The notes under the pieces are model-generated. The model was given only the letters and a program-made list of their open reading frames with translations. It was not told the DNA's origin and did not search any database. From assembly GCA_977862235.1 (NCBI GenBank), contig OZ374566.1, positions 62,001 to 126,000 of the forward strand: DNA of 64,000 nt, given 5' to 3'. The number at the start of each line of letters is the position of its first letter. Position 1 is the first letter of the stretch. Shown here one piece after another: positions 61,496-64,000 of the stretch. Position numbers and translations under genes: made by a program. The DNA comes from Dudresnaya verticillata (taxonomy: Eukaryota).

Positions 61496-62580
61496 TACGC
61501 CCCGACCGATCACGAACGGACTAACGCCCTGGAACGCCAAAGGTGGAAGCGCGCTCAGGGCGGATCCTCATACACATACCCCACAACGGGACTGTCAGCC
61601 TGGATGAGCCGAAGCGCTGGCACTACAAAAACGCTAGCCATTGGCTCCGGGCGACAGCGCACGGGAAAATACAAGAAAACAACAAAAACAATTATTCGCC
61701 ATAGGCGTCTGGCGAACGGCCAAGTGTCGCTGCGGAGGGGAGTCTCACTACCACCGCTCGCGAGGCAGGGACGTCGCCCGTCTCGGACCACTACCCTGGC
61801 CACTCGACCCACGACGACCGCCCTCGTCGGAATCCCTACGATTACGCGCCGCTACCAACAAAGGGGCGCCACACCACACGCCCCGCGGACGGCGCCGAGA
61901 AGGGGAATGGAAACGTAATCGCTACGCAAGAAGGGGCTAACGCAGTGACACGAGACCCTAATGCGAGAACGTCGCAGACGGGAATGACCGTAGTTACGAT
62001 GTCCGTGCACGACGCGTCGCGTCCAAGGCGGGGATAGCAACGCACCCTACCAGCCAAGTCGACGACACGCGCCGGCCACTTCAAACTACCACTCCAAGGA
62101 CGAGTATACGAAATGTCAACGACGAACCGACTCCGCAAAAATCGACGTCGCGGGGCATACGCCGAGCGCGGACAACGAGACCGACAAGGCGCGACGTGCT
62201 GCCCCTAACGTCATAGACGAATTAACGAAATGCCTCGCTCCCGAACAAAGTCGATGACGGCTCCCTAAGAAATGGCCGACCGAGTCGTTAAGTCGTTCAC
62301 ATCAGCCGTCACAAAGAAGGCGACTTACGGTAACAACGCACACAGCTGCCTTCTCGGCCGAAAATGCGTTTCGAACGGTCGAGCAGGCATCGACCGCGGA
62401 CGCAAGTGCAACCGATTCAACTACAGGGGAGCGACAGGGTGAGACGCGAAAGTAACGGATGTTTAATACGCAGATGCGCTCGGTAACATCGCTTCTATTT
62501 ACTTCCGCTTACTTACGCTAACTGTGGGGCTGCGGCAGCATCGCCGCCACTGGACTCTTACTTCCCCGCTTTTGGCGCAC

Positions 62581-64000
62581 CTAAGTCGCTGGCATCATCG
62601 CCCTCGGCGGATTCGCGAAGGGCTGCCTCGTAGCCATCATCATCCGTCGGAGACGTAGGAGCTGGACAAGGCGGCGTGGCCGCGGGCCGCGAGGCGCCGG
62701 CCACCGTCGCCGCCTTCGCAGTAGTGTCCACTTGCGCCTTAGGCGAGGCTTCGGGCTAGCTAGACGCCTTGGGCGTGGGAATGACTGTCGCAGCCGCCGG
62801 CTTCGGCGACCGTGAGGCCTCGTCCGCCACCGGCGTCGAGCGCAAAGCAATCGCCTTAGGCGTTAACAGGGCATCCTTGCCCTTCGCTCCAGGCGTCTTC
62901 GGAATGCTAACCACCTTCGGCGCAGGTTCCGAAATGATCGCCTTAGGCGCGTCGGGAATTTCCCCCGTCGATGACGTTGGGACAACCTTGCTCGCCATAG
63001 GCGTTTCGCCACTGGAAGGCATCGTCGTAGACGAAGAGCCCACCGCGCTCCCGCCATTAGGCGCCGTAACCGGCGGGGCCGTTGACCCCCGCGCAGGTGT
63101 GGCTATCGAAGTTGGAACCGTCGCCAAGACGCGAGCCCACCAATCCGAGGGCGAACCGCTCGGGTCGCTAGGCTCGACGCCGGCGGCCCGCAGTAGCGAA
63201 AGGACCACATCGCGCTGCGCGGCGTTCCAAGTCGGCACAGCCGGAGGTACTGTAACACCGTCTTGGACGCTTGGAACTGATGGCGATGACCCTGCAACGA
63301 CCGCTGGTGTTTGCACCGGGGCAGCCATGACAGCGTCATCATCATCGTCAGCGACGGCTACGTTCCCCTCGTTGGGAGCAACCGCCACTGGCGTAGGAGA
63401 CGGCCCAGCCGCAATTGCTACATCCGACGCCACAGGCGATTCTACAGCAGAAGCTGACGGCTCAACCGCCATAGGCGTCGCGAAGCCCGTCCCAGACGTG
63501 TGCACCCCGGCGGTGGCAGCGTGAAAGGCGTCCTACTCGGCTGTTAACATGACCAAGTGAGGGGGGAAAATCTCCGACGAAGTCGCACGAGGGCAATAGC
63601 CCACGAGGATGATCCGACGGCACGAACCGGTTCATACGTCGATGACGTTCCGCAATGCTTTCCGTCGTTCGACGTTTGGTCCAGGGATTGTACCAAGCCC
63701 AGTCGCCACAGGCGTGATGGTTGTGACTCATCGCGAAACGCGGACGCCTCGCCTTCCGGCGGCTGTTCTCCAGCGGGCGACTGCTGCGGTATCCCAGCCG
63801 ATCTCACTCGCCACTTGGCGTAAGTCCTAGAATTCCCGGAGGTTCCGCTGACCGCCGAGTGTCTCGGTGAGATCTAAGTCGTTGAAGAACGCTACAATGC
63901 GCGGTGGGAGGTAGTACATCCGAAAGGTATCGTACACCTCCCACAGCCACGCATAAGCAGTGTTGGCTACCTACTCCGTCTGGAAGACGATCCACCACCG
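62581..64000 (-). pseudogene. Antisense accessory ORF of element D; its 5' part lies beyond the window
   Basis: Manual translation from 64000 gives RWWIVFQTE*VANTAYAWLWEVYDTFRMYYLPPRIVAFF, then MSHNHHACGDWAWYNPWTKR and an A/P/S/T-rich tail like that of B. Confidence 0.85.

Noticed and set aside
17696..63972. Several TGG/CAG to TAG stops suggesting RIP-like CpA mutation
   Set aside because: Transition-derived stops necessarily come from TGG, CAG, CAA or CGA. The LTR-pair differences include many transversions, and there is no AT enrichment.
1..64000. CRISPR arrays, rRNA genes or tRNA genes
   Set aside because: There is no regular repeat-spacer array, and the GGCC palindromes are irregularly spaced and non-identical. 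The tRNA-like matches are only 18-nt primer-binding sites.

Overview
This is eukaryotic DNA with one host gene at the left edge followed by about 61 kb of nested transposons. A red-alga-like host is my low-confidence guess from intron signals and TE style. The host gene (minus strand, 1-2516, runs off the window, absent from the supplied ORF track) encodes a UBAP2/UBAP2L/Lingerer-like UBA protein. The rest holds at least six Ty3/Gypsy LTR retrotransposon copies, four of them with a visible chromodomain integrase. Element A (4042-15769, minus) is complete, has TSD ACGGA and sits inside the LTR of a relative, A'. Element B (18524-30903, plus) sits inside the 3' LTR of element C (30904-59307, minus). 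D (about 59596-end) is truncated, and E is an LTR remnant (3239-3885). A 14.6-kb four-gene CACTA/EnSpm-type DNA transposon (31834-46482; CACTACGA...TCGTAGTG ends; 2-bp CT duplication) is inserted in C. Two observations stand out. (1) A, A', B, C and D each carry a large antisense ORF on the internal side of the 3' LTR, and these share a conserved domain I cannot assign to a family with a 936-aa accessory ORF of the CACTA element. (2) The CACTA element, unlike its flanks, is studded with about 43 perfect 10-18 bp palindromes centred on GGCC with variable arms, most of them inside coding sequence. All counts and alignments were done by eye.
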